Source: Vermamoeba vermiformis (taxonomy: Eukaryota). Taken from it: a stretch of DNA of 64,000 nt. The stretch lies in assembly GCA_045837725.1 (NCBI GenBank), contig JBEWZL010000238.1, positions 310,001-374,000 of the forward strand, in the 5' to 3' direction. The notes under the pieces were generated by a model, which worked only from the letters and a program-made list of their open reading frames with translations, had not been told where the DNA came from and did no database searches. Position 1 is the stretch's first letter. Every line of letters begins with the position of its first letter. The position numbers and the translations under genes were made by a program. Shown one piece after another: positions 44,932 to 59,130 of the stretch.

Positions 44932-45497
44932 ATGGAAAATACCTTCGAAAAAGCTTTGGCAAAAGGCAGAAAAATTTACGAAAGTGAATCGAGAATTTTT
45001 TGCGCACCACAATCAATTACAAGTAAAATCCAAGGTTCGGATGAGTCCTTGTGTAAGTTTTAACTGCTAATTTAAGAGCAACACGTAAAATATTTTTTAT
45101 ACAATCAAAGATAAATATGACATACATTATTAAATACATGCTCATTGCGGGCTACATCTGACATACTGGATCTTCCGCACTAATTAATTCAGAACCATAA
45201 ATTATCCACGCCCTTATTTTTGTGCGTATTAACGTAATAATTTCTTACGAATAGCTCTACAGATCACAACGCGTCGACGTGGATCTCGCTTTGTGATTTG
45301 TAGAACTGTTCTGTCATTGTACGCGAGTACATTCCGTAATTTTATATCTTTAATTTATTATATTTATTCCTACCAGATTAATATTTATACGGGCTCTTAA
45401 AAGATTTTTGTATTGCGAATCCGTAATCAACACAAAGTATCAACAAAACTTCAGCTGCCAATCAATTCTCGATTCAACGAAAGCAGCACGCTGCTGA
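44932..45497 (+). CDS. Possible small 3-exon orphan gene
   Basis: MENTFEKALAKGRKIYESE...DESL | SLQITTRRR... | ...AARC* can be joined in frame at GT-AG sites; no recognisable motif. Confidence 0.25.
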
Positions 45498-46240
45498 ACT
45501 TTTGCCTTACAAGCACTCCTCGAAAGTTACTCGGGTTTAGGTTGTAGTGTTTGTCGGTCAATTGTTAATTTTCTAGCGGATCTCGTGCTAATATTTGTTG
45601 GCCGTGGCGCCAAAAATATGGCCGAAAATCTTTCATCGTATAATTTTATTGTCCGAGAGGAAATGTACTGGAAACACCAAAGTTATAAAAATTGAGAATC
45701 TTTCGGACATTAGCGGATACTAGGCTTGATCCACACTATTTTGCAATGCAAACCAACTTAATAAGGATATTCTCATCATCGCGATATAATATTGGGTGAT
45801 TTTACTCGGGCTGCAATGTTATTAATCAGTTCGGTTGCTTACGGACAATAACGAAAAGTTGAGTACATTGCGCTTGATTATGGTTGCGATTATTTCATGT
45901 CCCTCAATAGATTCATAATGAAGGTCTAATTTCGATGCTTTACTGGTCCACAGCTTGTCAACGATGACATTCCAAACCACATCCACCGGAGTACGCTTAA
46001 TTACCACTACTATTTTAGCAGTTGAGCTTCGCTTTGAGATTATAGCGAGGCAAAAGCTCGGATAAATAGTGTGCTGTGATTACGTTTAGTCGCAGGGAAG
46101 CTTTGCAAATCTTCGAGGCAGGTTGATCCAGTACAAAATATAGCTTAATTAAGTAATTGCCCCTATTACTTTTTAAATCATTATTAATCCATAGAGTTAG
46201 TTAATGATATGATCTACTAAGATTTGCTTTCAAGAGTGTT

Positions 46241-47667
46241 TTATTTCTTTTTATGGTGAATTTTCTTGAGTTTCATGACGACATCTCGCATGTTTGGTCG
46301 TTCTGAGGGATCTCGCTTTGTACATTCGCGCATGAGCTCAATTAACTCGTAATCGGCATCAATGCTTTCTAATAATATGGGCATCTCGCCTTCGCAAATC
46401 TTTCCAAGCACTTCAAACTTGGCACATCCTTCGTAAGGGGTTCGATCCGTCAAAAGTTCGTAGAGCAACATGCCAAATGAATATACATCAGTTCTATCGT
46501 TGTTGATGACGGCGTCCATTAAGATTTCAGGTGCCAACCAGCTCATAGTACCGTTGATAGCGGAGGTAGGATCAGAGCGGCGTCTGGCGGTACCAAAGTC
46601 ACAAAGCTTGGCGGACAAATCGCGGTCCAAGAGGACGTTGAGACTCTTAATATCACCGTGGTAGATAGGATCCTCGCGGGTGTGCAGATATAACTGAAAA
46701 GAAATAGATTCGTTAGATTTAAAATTCCGATGTGAAATAATATCTGGCTGCAAGATATAAAGCCGCGATTCTTACCAAAGCCTTAGCAATATCGAGTGCA
46801 ATGCTAATCTTGTTCTTCCAAGATAATTGTTTAGTGCGAAGAGCTTTGTGCAGGTTGCCTAGCGGAGAATAATTATGTGAGTCAACTAGATCAAACGACA
46901 TTGCAAGCTTGACGAGCTGTATTAGAGCTTTATAGATGGGTAACTTACCATTCTCGGCGAATTCCATAACAACATAAGGTTCAACACCAGCAGCGTCGAA
47001 TCCACCGAATGATTTAATAATGTGAGGGTGTGCGATCTCGCTGTTTATAAACTTGCATTAGCTATCTATAGCATCGTAATGAAAAGTATTGGATGATTTA
47101 AAGTTGTTGAACTGCCGATTCCCAATTTAGAAAAAACAAGATTCAGTTTTCTTACCTCAACAGGCGCATTTCGTTTCGGATCGCAAGAATGCTTTCGGGA
47201 GATGAAACATCGTTATCAACACGCTTAATAGCAACTGTTTTATTCTTTAACAAGCCCTAACGAAGTATTGTCAGTATCGGATCGTTCCAAAAAGTTTAAT
47301 TAATTGAGACAAGTTTGACGTTCGTACTCAAAGAACCGGTATCTCTTTTACATACCTTGTAAATGCTACCATAACCTCCTTCCTCGATTTTGTTCAACAC
47401 AATAAGTTGCTCATGTAATTTGTGGGCGCTCTTTGGTGATCGAGGAGATGGTGCTGATTTTGAGTTCTTGTTACGCTTGCCCTTGTTAAGCTTGAGTGAG
47501 GGAACAGCTTCCGAAGCATAATTCTTTCGCTTGGCGAGCTCTGCTTCGCAGTGGTGTAAAAGTGATCGAGAGGGTTTAAAATCTGAACCAGCAGCTTGGT
47601 TGACATATGCCCAGTTGGAATAAAAATCCGCCATGTGCATCATATTAGAAGACACTAACGCAGCCAT
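46241..47667 (-). CDS. TKL-type protein kinase (non-RD)
   Basis: EEGGYGSIY, VAIK, HPHII, MEFAENGNL, HGDIKSLN, CDFG, GTMSWLAPE, DVYSFG. Confidence 0.9.
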
Positions 47668-49240
47668 GTTGATTTGGTAAGAGAATTCAACACCAGGTTA
47701 GTTTGATCGAGTTGAGAAAGGAATCACAAAGTAAAAATCTTTCTGGTACTCGACGCGTGGCCTTCCACTCTATCTTGAAATTACGAATGAGAGAAAATTG
47801 TGTGAACACCGACATAAATTTATGGTTCACAACACCTCGCCGGAAAATTCAAAATCGAAAAAAGCACGTGGTCGGCTTAATTATTTCCCACGACTTTCCC
47901 TTCCTTGGCTTGAAGATGAGGTTAAGTTGTTCCTATTAAATTTACCACGCTGAAATCCAGCGCAATACTTGCCTCATGGTTTGTACGAACTTGCCAAACT
48001 TGTTGGCAAACTCACATCTGCTTTACACGTGCTTCATGTACCAGCAAAGTACAATAGTGTACGATAGTGTGCGTACACAGGTCCAATCCGATTTTCGTGA
48101 AATATGAGTCGTATTTTTATGGAACGGAAAGTTCTGCTACGCGCAAGATCGGGACAATGCAGAAAACTCGCTCGACAAACCGAACGAAATGCTCCAAACA
48201 CGTAAAGTACGTGCTAAACTATAGCCATAATAGTTCCGTTTTTGCCCTGAAGCGGTATGGCAAACAGTTTATCGTTCTAAAATTCTAAATGACTGCAATT
48301 TTCAACTTTAAGATTATTTAACGACCGTGTGTTGGCTATCGAACAAACATATCGGTATAATTATCAATCTCTTAACGTAAGGCGACCGAATTTCTCATGA
48401 AATAAACTAAATTCTACTGAACTCATTCGAGATCTTGCAAACACAGAGCACATCCGCGTACTTCTCAATTACGTATTTAGTGAAAGGTCGTATCGTAACG
48501 TACTCAGATATTCTAATATTAATTTGTGTGCATACGTTTTGTGTTATCTATTGCACTATTCTGATACCGTTATTGAATTCTACCAACATTTGTACTGGTG
48601 CAGCTGGATGAGCTGTGATTTCACGTGAAACTCATTATTGAATACATAGGCCGTAGAGCCGTATATTTTCTGAACTAAAAAACGCAAGGTCGATTTCGCA
48701 TCTGGTACAGGCCTTGAAGTATAATTCCGTGCACAATATAATTTACATTATTTGCTAGACTTATCATGAAATAAGTTGCGTAACGGCACAATGCATATTC
48801 TGTCATACTAATAACTATGTAGGGACAAATCGTACGATTTTACGAAATTAATGACAGGCGTCATTCTGGATTTAACGACAGTAGGTAGTTTCCCGATCGT
48901 GCCAATTTTGGTGTTCCTTTCATTGAATTACATTTCAATTTCTTGCGATGGAATTATTGGACAAATATGTGGAATTAGGGACCCGTCTCATTATGTGACT
49001 AGTGTACGTTCAATTGAACATCCACCTTTTGTCTCATTAACGAAACGACGGATCCAAATGTGCTACGCATGCAAACGTAGCAGTATTTCGTAAGTATAGT
49101 ATATGTATAATAACATTCGACGATTGTGTAAACTAATTTGCAAACTTGAACAAAATTTTATCGCAGATCCTGGTGTAGATCACGCACTTTGTACGTGGGT
49201 TCTTCACCATAGAACATCAATTTAACACTACCACTACGTC

Positions 49241-49880
49241 TTACTCGTCATCCTCGTCATTTCCTCCGGCTCTACGCGGTGCTCCGTTATATCGCAGCTC
49301 CTGTTGCTTCGCCTGCGTGAGCTCCTTCAAAAAGTCAACATCTTCCTCTTCGTCGTGCACAGGTGTCTCTAACGATTCAACGACAGCTCTATCGCCCCTA
49401 ATGCGCGCCGTTAAGTTCTCGAACCAGGTACGAGTGTTGTAGATGGTCTCGATAACGTATTCTTTCGTATCCTTGATCTCCTGCACTAACGGCACGGTTT
49501 GAATGCGGTTGTAGTAATAGACGAAGAAAGGTATAGATATTAGTGAGAAGTATCGAGGACCAACGTATTTAGGGCGATAGATCGGGGCGAGATCTCTTCG
49601 TGGGGATGTGGTTGAAACCGACGTTAGGAACGCAGCGGCAGTAGCAGCTAGAAATAATTAATTAATGCCAGTTCGCCTATCGGAACTACTTCGTAAAATC
49701 TGCGCAAATCTAAACAAGACAGCAATTTAAATCTCGGATCCAGATCTAAATTTTCCTTAAATAGAAAAACCGGAACAAAACGGCATATTAAATCCAATTG
49801 AATACGCAGTTGATTATAAGTAGTCATTATAAGTTACCTGCAGCCCATCTATATCCATTCATTTCATTGTTATTGATCAT
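49241..49880 (-). CDS. Small uncharacterised protein with one hydrophobic segment
   Basis: MINNNEMNGYRWAA spliced in frame to AATAAAFLTS...YFSLISIPFFVYYY... and an acidic tail. Confidence 0.6.
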
Positions 49881-49973
49881 TTTACTAAGCAACGAATCCG
49901 TTAATATTCCATTTGATATGCATTGTCAATATACGTGAATGCACTTACGCTGATTTGTAGAATACGTATGACA

Positions 49974-50947
49974 TTAAGACGCCTATAAAGCAAATTAAAA
50001 AGAGTTAGTAAGAGATCAGATCTTGCGGATCATTTCGCCATTGACGCGTGGAGATCTCGAAATGATAATTATAGATCGCGATCATGCCAATCTTGGCACT
50101 CTATTTTCGATGTTGTTATTCAAAAACTATTCCGTGGGGAGGCGGGAATTAAATTACCGCAAGCAATGGTAAATTTAGACGGGCGCTAAAACCACGCAAA
50201 AAAAACTTCCGCCCGCGAGGTCACTTTAAGATATAATTTAAGATATGATATGAAAGTACTTACTATTGACCTTATGTCCAAAGCTTCGGTAAATATTGTA
50301 ACTTGCGCCAACATAGACGAGCGAAAGGCCCATGAGCCAGTACGGCGATGTAAGGACTTTGACGGGCAAAGGTTCATTTGCAATTTCCTATAAATAGTAC
50401 AATTCCATTAGTACGATTTATCGGAGACCACGAATAATTTTATTATAACAGTTCACATTCGAATTGAATTATGTTTTTGTACAGGAATAAAAAAACGAGG
50501 CAGGATAGGACGGAAATTTTAGTATTGTTGGACAAGAATACTATCATATTTGAATAATAGCGCTAAGTATCATAGGTATTGACTTTATCTTGAGCGAATC
50601 TTGCCAATAAATCATTGTAAATTTGGGATAAACTTTTTTGTGACTCGAATTTAAAGCACTATTTTTAGCGTGCCCGTTCATTTTATCTCGCAGCGCAAGT
50701 AAGAATTTAAAGTAGCCGGGAGGTGCAAACAAAATTTAGCAAAGTTATTTTTAGACTATTTCATAGAGTGTAGATCTGAGCGATGCAGGATCCACGATCG
50801 CGCGAATCCAAAAAAACTTAAACATTGTTATTTGCAACTTACTTCAGGTGTTTTCTTTGCTATGCTTAATGTCGGCCTTAGTGTAGACTTCCAATAACTC
50901 GCAATTTGTGATCCAACATTTTTAAATACATTAGCAACTCGCGCCAT
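49974..50947 (-). CDS. About 76-aa single-TM microprotein (3 exons)
   Basis: MARVANVFKNVGSQIASYWKSTLRPTLSIAKKTPE | EIANEPLPVKVLTSPYWLMGLSLVYVGASYNIYRSFGHK | AS*; all joins phase 0. Confidence 0.65.
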
Positions 50948-51108
50948 CCCTCGATCAATGTGGAGAGGATCTGTTTTTTCTATCCATTCTAAAAATATTG
51001 TGCATTAATATTGTATTAATTATAGAGTAACGCAAAAAAGCTCTTGTCGCGGAAATGAACTCATCTCGAAAATTGACAAAATAATGCAAAAATATTCTCT
51101 AAAAAAAT

Positions 51109-51441
51109 TCAAATAATATAATTACCTGCTTCTTCGCGTTTTTCACGTTCTTCATCGGGTTCTTCATCTTCATCTTTTGGTTTTAAAAATCGTTTGTATG
51201 GTTCGAGATTTGGCACTCCATCCAGTCCGTTAGGGAACCAAAAATCTTTAATTTCGCCTACTTCTTCGTCTTCTATTTGTTCGAGGTATCCAATTAATCG
51301 CTTTTTACGTTCCAATTCTTCGATCATCCACTCATCGAGATGATCTATGCCTGGAATGGTTCTAATCACAGGCGGCTCTTGTTCTTCCATATTTTCATCC
51401 ATATTAGGATCTTGCATCAAATTAATTTTGCTCGTCGCCAT
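51109..51441 (-). CDS. Small acidic protein (3' end uncertain)
   Basis: ORF MATSKINLMQDPN...LDEWMIEELERKK...DFWFPNG... with an acidic tail. Confidence 0.5.
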   Translation of the reverse strand: MATSKINLMQDPNMDENMEEQEPPVIRTIPGIDHLDEWMIEELERKKRLIGYLEQIEDEEVGEIKDFWFPNGLDGVPNLEPYKRFLKPKDEDEEPDEEREKREEAGNYII

Positions 51442-51953
51442 ATTTGATGTGGTTGTCAATGTGCAACAAATAAATAAATGAAACATGAATTTCTTGAGTC
51501 CAGATCGCGCAACAAAAACTGAAACACATGGCTTTATATTTAATATGATACTGTACATAAGTAGACCGCAACGTTAGGCGAAAATGAAACGAAGGCTTTC
51601 AGGGTCAGATTCGATCCCTAAAGGAGTAAGATACCCACCGGATTATTTAACTATCCAACGCGCTAAATTATTACTAAAATTACCAATTAAAATATTATTT
51701 GTATTTGTAAATTAATTGCAACGAGGTTTCGGATTTGCAGACAGAATTATTAATTCAGATCAAAATATCCTTTCTCAAAGCAACTAAACGGCAAATTAAA
51801 CATATAATATCATGCAATATATCTAAAAAGATACTTTTTAAGGGCGCCAATGACAAACCCCTGAACTTGCTTGATTTTGTAAGTATTCAGCTCGATCGCC
51901 TTTACCTTTTACTACTACCGCTTTGTTTAACTTACTTTTGCACTCAGTATCAA

Positions 51954-54900
51954 ATGATTAAGCTTAAGATGTTCGAGCAGTGCCTTAAATGTAAGACTAG
52001 AAGATGCCCTAGGTTTCAACCCCACGCGGATGCACTTGACGACTGGCACCACGAGGTCTTAAACTATAATTGCCAATACTGCAAGTGCCATTGTTCATAT
52101 CACTTTTATGACTGGTTTAAAGCGGTCAGCAAGCACATGGTAAGCACTTTCAGAAAAATTGGCCGATCAGCTAACATTTTTCCAGTACAAACAAACGCCA
52201 GAACTTTATGACAACCTCAGCGTAAGTATAGGTAATATAATTAATATTATTTATATTAATAGCAATATTATTAGGCCCCACTTGAAGGAGCAAATAAACA
52301 GCCATGGGACTCTGTAGCTCGTGCATTTTTGAATCTCGACGAGGACAACGACGATGGCGTTCTTAATAATAACAGTATCAATAGCGAGCCAATTAGCGTA
52401 GCTAGCAGCAACAGTAATAGCAGCAAAATCTCGAGGAGCAATAGTTTCAATAATAGTCCTAGTTTAAATAACAACAATTCACCTCCCATGAACGGCTTTG
52501 GATTTGGCTCGCCAGTGCCGAACGGACACTACAATAATAATAATACTACGAGTACACCTCCGACGATGTATTCAATGTCATCACCATTTTCAGCAAAGCC
52601 GTCGAGACAAATTTCGCAACCGAACAATTCTCCGACGAAATTTCACGTAATCAGTGACGACGAATCCAGCGACAGTGAACTAATTCCAGTTCAGGGACCA
52701 AGTGCGCCTATTAATTTCCCTAATTTCAATGCACAAATGATGCCGATGATGAACGGCTCATTCATGGCACCTCAACTTGCCAGTAGCCCGCCAAATCACA
52801 CTAATAGCACTGCCAATGGCTTGTCAAACTCGGCTAGTGTCACTCCAACATCAAAAAAGAATTCTGAAGCGGAAAATAAGACCTCCGAACCGCCGTTAAA
52901 GAAGCAGAAGACAAAAGAAAAAAGTACCCGAGAAATATCTTATTGGGCTTCAAAATCAGTTCCAAAGGAAAAAGAAGCCGTACTTAAGAACGTTTCAACC
53001 GATGCTCAATTCAAATTGGTGCGAGATATCACCAAGTCGAAAATTAGTTGGGCGGATGTGGATTCGAAGTTGGTCAAGACGTACGAGCAGAAAGTAAAAG
53101 AGAAAGAGGAAAAATTGCTAGAAGTAACATCAGGCAGTCGTTGGTTCTGGATCAAAGAGTGCAAGCTTTATTTCATGAGAAATAAGGACGGAGAACTCGT
53201 TGGATGGGTTGAACTCACTTCGCCGCAACCAAAGATCGAGAATAGGTAATAATATTCTATTACATAAATTCCATACTTAATGATGTATCAAGGTTCTTAC
53301 GAGAATACGGATCCGAAGACTTTTTGATGGTCAAGATCAACAAAGCTTTTCCAGATCTAGCCAGAAAGTAAGAATAATTTTCTTTATGTTGGCTAAGCCA
53401 TTATATTTATACTATTGCTTAATAGGGGTGATTATGACCGTCGTACCGGCATTGTAAGAAACTTCTTTGACAAAGGAATTTGGATTGGCACCGTACATTA
53501 TCAATTTTGTTTCGCATCTGCAACTCACATCAGAAGCGAAAAAGGTACGCTGTATTAATATAGCCGAGACCTAATAGCCTATACTAATGTTTAATATAGT
53601 TTTCTTTCACACCAATCCGAAGAAACTTATCGCAAAGTTGGGTGACTTCAGCGAGATCAGAAATCCAACCAAGTATTTAGCGAGATTAGGGCAGCCGTGG
53701 TCTTCGACTAAGGCTACAATAGAAGTAAGTGATAATATGGTCGTATTGTATTAACGAACTTAGTTGCCTCTGGATAAAGTGGAGATCGCGCCAGATGCGA
53801 TTTCGGAAAGCGGCAAAGAATTCACCGATGGATGCGGCGAGATGGCACCGGATATTATAACAAGTATATATGCCACACCTGCCTTTGCTCATGTGGATAA
53901 AAGCAAACCATTGCCCTCTGCGATCCAGGTACGTACTTTTTTTGACAATTTGACACCTGTCTAAATAACACAGCCCATAATGTTGAATCAAAACGAATAC
54001 AATACCTATGCATATTACCATTAGTGCGTTAATTTTTGTTAATTATTATGACAGATCCGATGGGGTCCTTGTAAAGGTGTGCTAATGGTCAATCCCGAGC
54101 TGCCTCCCGGTCACGTGAGATTCAGAAAATCGATGCAAAAATACAAAATCGACAACCCAACGCTGTATCAACGTCAAATTGAAGTCTGTCAAGAGTCCAA
54201 ACGATACTCGAGCAGATTGAACAAGGAGTTCATCCCGCTATTGCACGGTAATATTCTCATGACCTTATAATCCACGTGACTTTTTAATGACATTTTTAAT
54301 TAGCCCTTGGCGTGCCTGACAGTGTATTCACAAATCTTGTACAAAAGCAGTTGGACAAAATTAAGAAATTAGGCGACAACCCCGACTACATCAAAATTTC
54401 ATTAGGTAGGCTAGACAAATCAATACTAGTATTATCTACTAATATTATCATTAATAGATGACAGTCGATCGTATTTTATGACTAAACTCAAGCTGTTTTT
54501 GACTTCAAACTTCTCTACGCAAGATCCATATTATGCGGGTCTGATATGGGTACGAAAACTATGAGTACCTATTTAGACATATCATATTAATATATTGTTG
54601 TAGAAAGACAAGCAAAAGATGTTGAAAGAGCTGAAAGGCCTTCGTCTTGAAGTCGAGCGGAGTTGTCGTTTGTTAGGTGTTTGGGACCAGTCCGGCAAAC
54701 TCAAAGCGAATCAATGTTACGTCACTTATCGCTTGTCTAATGACAGTGTGCAGCTCAAGGGCAAAGTCGTTGTGATGAAGAACCCGACTGTGCACTTGGG
54801 AGGCGAGTCTAATAGTGACACCTGTCAAAAGTGACACGTGTCAAACTGCTGAAAGGCTACGTCCTAACGTTTATCGTTTTAGATGTGCGAGTCTTAGAGG

Positions 54901-56220
54901 CCGTCGACTGTCCTGATTTAAATCATCTCGAGAACGTGATTGTATTTCCTGTTACGGGCAAGCGACCCATTGCTGACACGGTACGTGTAAACCATTACCA
55001 TTTATGGAAATTGACCTGTCACTGGCCCATGTACATCAACTTGTTTGCACTGTCATTAACGCGTATGCTAGATTGGAGGCGGAGATTTAGACGGAGATAT
55101 GTTCTGGGTGACAGCGTGCCCAGACATCGTTGACAATGTCAAAGAAGAGCCGCCAGCTGATTACCCGAGACCGAAACAGTTCGCGGTGAGGCCTGGCGAG
55201 GACATGCTCGAGCGAGTAAGTATACCCCAATGTCACGTATACTATTGTATACTTACTGTCCTATAATAGGCTAAAGACGCGTACATTATTCAAGTGTTTG
55301 AAGGCGCGTCACTGGGCAAGATTTCGAACACGTACTATACACTAGCAGATCACTTTGAAGACGGTCCAAGGAACAACTATTGTCTAGAACTGTCCAGGTA
55401 TGCATTGCACATGGTGTCAATTAATTTGCGATTACCATAAAAGGAAATAACTGACACTAATCACGCAGGTTGCATTCTCTGAAAGTTGATTCGGCCAAAA
55501 CAGGCGATATCGTTAGACTTACGAAAGAATTAAATGATGTATGTAATTATATTATGATGGAATAATATAGTATCGTTAGACTAACGTTCTTTTTGCCAGC
55601 TGTCGAAACAAATTGGATCCGCTAAGTTTTTGGAACAATCTTTCGGCAAAGTTGTTGATACGAAAGGAATAGTAGGAAAACTATATAATATGATATCAGA
55701 TGCGATTAAAGATATCAAAGAGCCGAAATACGATTACGCATACTTGGATTCGGATCTGCTCGTGGAAGGCCGCGAAAAGTATACTAAGGAAGCCAAAGAG
55801 CTACTTAAACAATACAACGAGCGAGTGTGTGAAATTATGGCGAAAAATAAGTTTGAAGATGACGAGGACCGCAAGAGAATTCATTTTGATATGTTGGAAG
55901 AAGACTTCAAACAGCTGTTCTGGGAAGAACTTGGCAATTCGCATGACGAGGCCTATAAGAAGGCATCGGCGTGGTATGAAGTCTGCTATAAAGGTACCCA
56001 AAACTTATTGTTATGTGCCAGCCAAACTGGATCCAGCTTTAAAACCGTTACGAAAATTCGCAGAAATTATTGCTAATTTAATTGTGTCGCTACAGATAAA
56101 AAGTCTAAACAAAGATCGTTCCCGTGGGTCAACATCGATGTGCTGACGCGAATCAAAAACGATCGAATGACTATGGGCCAGAAGTCTCGCAAGCGAATGG
56201 CGATGAGCATTCCTAAATAA
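51954..56220 (+). CDS. Cellular RNA-dependent RNA polymerase (RNAi type)
   Basis: KYLARLGQ, FTDGCG, PSAIQ | IRWGPCKG, RLLGVWD, KNPTVHLGDVRVL, NVIVFP..GKRP, catalytic GGDLDGD, LGKISN, VDSAKTG, KASAWY, FPW. Confidence 0.93.
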
Positions 56221-56388
56221 GGCAATGGAACTGAACTGTTGCGTTGGCTTGCCATACCGTTCTACCAAAATACATCAAAATGTAAATATGAACTTGTACC
56301 AGTAGCCATTCTTCGCAGTAAATACTCCTTATTTTTCGACCTTTGTAAGCCGTTTTTCAATTGAGACATTGGCCTATTTCTAACGCCA

Positions 56389-58930
56389 CTAAGTGTAATC
56401 TGTAAATAACTTGTATTAAAAGCACTAAAAAAGGTAACCCGTAGAACTTATTCATAATCCCGATTCATCATGCAAACTGGACGTACCCGAAATTTTCAAA
56501 CGCTTCAGAACAGCTAGTAACTCAACGTTATCGACCAAGAGCATCAGTTGCTAACAAGTGAGATTTATTAAGGACGCGTGGCGTGCAAGGCAGGAAATCC
56601 TTCGACACCTTTGTACAAGAACAAAATGTCGTTGTCTTTGATGAGCACTTTGAAGGCCTTCAGCGGCATCTTGTTCGGTCCTTCTTTGTCAATATGACCC
56701 TTCTTTAGCTCGTCAGTGGCAACGACGATCCATTCTTTAGCTGATTGCATTGATAGCACTGCGTAGTCTTTTTCCGCAATGAACTCAACTGCCTTCAGAT
56801 CCGCTGAAACTTTTTGCGAGTTCATGCACGGTGTGAATTCGATCAGTTCGTTATTATGTTTCATTTCTATATTAGTCTTCAATATCGATACTGTCGCTAG
56901 ATTATCTCCGTTCTGAGATTTCTCAACCAGGGCAACAAACAGCGTGAATTTTTCATTGACATTTGTGACTCGCAATCCTTGCACGATAGAATTCTCCGGA
57001 CCTTCCAAATATGGTTAAAGATTAGATATACTAGTATATGAATATTTCTGTACGCACCTTTGAAAATCACGTGACTTTTTTTCGTGGCAAAGTCAAATCT
57101 GAAGACTTGATTGACCTGATTGAAAAACAAACTTGGCACTAATTTTCCGCTGTCATTTTTAAACCACGTGACAGCAGTGAACTCTGGAATAGTTGCAACG
57201 CCTAACAATTTAAACTCCGAAATTTCTCGTTCTTGTTCTTCTTTGCTACTTTCATCGCTATTATCCTCATCATTATCATTATTATCACTATCACTATTAT
57301 TATTTTCATCATCGCTAGTGCCCTCCTCTTCGTATTCTTGTTCACCGTCTTTATCAATGTTAATCAGAGTGGCTACTGGCAATTTTGTTCGAGGTCCACG
57401 GCCGATTAAAATCGCTGAAAGGCCTAAATACGATAATAATATTATTCTATTTTGCTTATTGAAGGCGTGTAATAAGCTGCTAACTGCGGATCCAGCTCGG
57501 TTCAACAAAGTGAATTTCTAATCTAGGCTAAACTAGATATTATTGATGAATATTTATGATAAAAACTTAATTTTTGCCATATTAGGACATTTCAGCCAAA
57601 TGGAATTGTTCACGGTTGGATCTGGATCTAACCAATTTGTTTAACTTACCACCGTCCTCTCGTTGATAAGACTCGACTATAGTACTAAGCTCTAGTGTGT
57701 TGAATATAGATGATACGGAGCAATCAGGGCTCAGTTTGATTTTAGCCCAGCAAAAGGAAGTGGATTCGAGCCACGTGATGTACCGAAAATCACGTGATTT
57801 TGTTCCGTTGATTGCCAGGCGAGGCGGAACAATACTTTTTACGGTAATTAAGCTGTTAATATCGAGATTGACTGCTCGTAATGGTATGGTAGGGTTATTC
57901 CGCGGCGATGAAAAAGTTTGGTAGATCCAATGAATCTTTGAGCCCTTGGTTTGATTGACTGTTAATAGTGCTTCCAAATCTTGAAGATCCTTTGACCACA
58001 TGAAATCTGCCGTCGCAACCTGCAAATGAAAAATAAAATTAATAAAAAAACTAAAAACTTAATTTTCAAACGTGTCACTTTCAACCTCTAAATCTTTTCT
58101 TGTTATTATTTTTTATCAATTTTATTATTGTTCATGAATAGTAGGTGCCTTACCTTGCACGGAACAACTTCAATATCAATAAAATTCGACTTTGCAGTCT
58201 CTTCATCAGTGTCGCCGTATCGGTACATGACCATCACTGTATATTTGCCTGGTGGCAATGGCCGCACGAAAGTTGATAAATTAATGTAACTAATACGTTG
58301 TGTATTTTCAACGACATCATGTGCAAAGCCTACGGACTTAATCGTGGTTTTTCCTAAAAAGGAAGATCAGATCTGGACTCAAAAAACCTACAATAAATTA
58401 TCCATGATTGATAATACTATTGCATTATGATATATTACCTCCTGTATTAACACCCTATATATTACGTTAGAACGGAGTTCATGAAAAGTTAGATCCGAGC
58501 GAAGAACTTACGTGCAATTCTACGTAACTATTTCCGCTTAATAATGTTCTTACGACATTACTAAACAATAATATATGTGTTCTTTCGGGGTTTAGTTCAA
58601 TAGACTCCATTCTGAATGATTTTAAAAATAGCTGTTTGACTTCGAGAACGATCTCTTCCATTGGAACATAAGTAGCCTCGGGTTTGACTTAAAAAAATAT
58701 TAGTATTATTTTTAGTGAATATTACCGACATTAAATATTTAGTAAAATGAAAAAGATTACGAAATTGATTCTGATATTATTGAAATAATATTCACGTCGT
58801 TTATTTTGAATTCCGATCATAAATAATGCCTCTAAATATATTAACGATATTTACCAACAGTAATATTAATTGCTAAGGGTGCGGGTTCCAGATTTGATTG
58901 CACGGGGTTTTCTTCTTCGTGTTGCTCCAT
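56389..58930 (-). CDS. Uncharacterised multi-exon protein (ends uncertain)
   Basis: ORFs 56568-57008, 56897-57508, 57582-58025 and 58479-58661 lie on the same strand with splice signals; acidic linker; no family recognised. Confidence 0.5.
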
Positions 58931-59130
58931 AGTATCGCTTCAATAGTGATTATTGCTATGTATTACCCCTATGTAGTGTTCACAATTTGATAAAGTGATG
59001 CTGATCTTGCTCTCACAAAGAACTGAAAAACAAAAAAATTCAAATTTACGATGTCAAGGCGCCATAATGTAAACAATACGTTTATTATCACTATAATGCT
59101 CACATTAAAATATATGGAACATTACACGCC

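Noticed and set aside
47700-49200. 1.5-kb gap with short ORFs
   Set aside because: No coherent exon chain, repeat or RNA structure seen; probably the kinase regulatory region.
51954-56220. RdRP as an endogenous virus
   Set aside because: Many spliceosomal introns and the DLDGD motif of cellular RdRPs, not a viral GDD palm.
57120-57521. Ser/Leu-rich 133-aa ORF
   Set aside because: Reverse complement of an Asp/Asn/Glu-rich linker.
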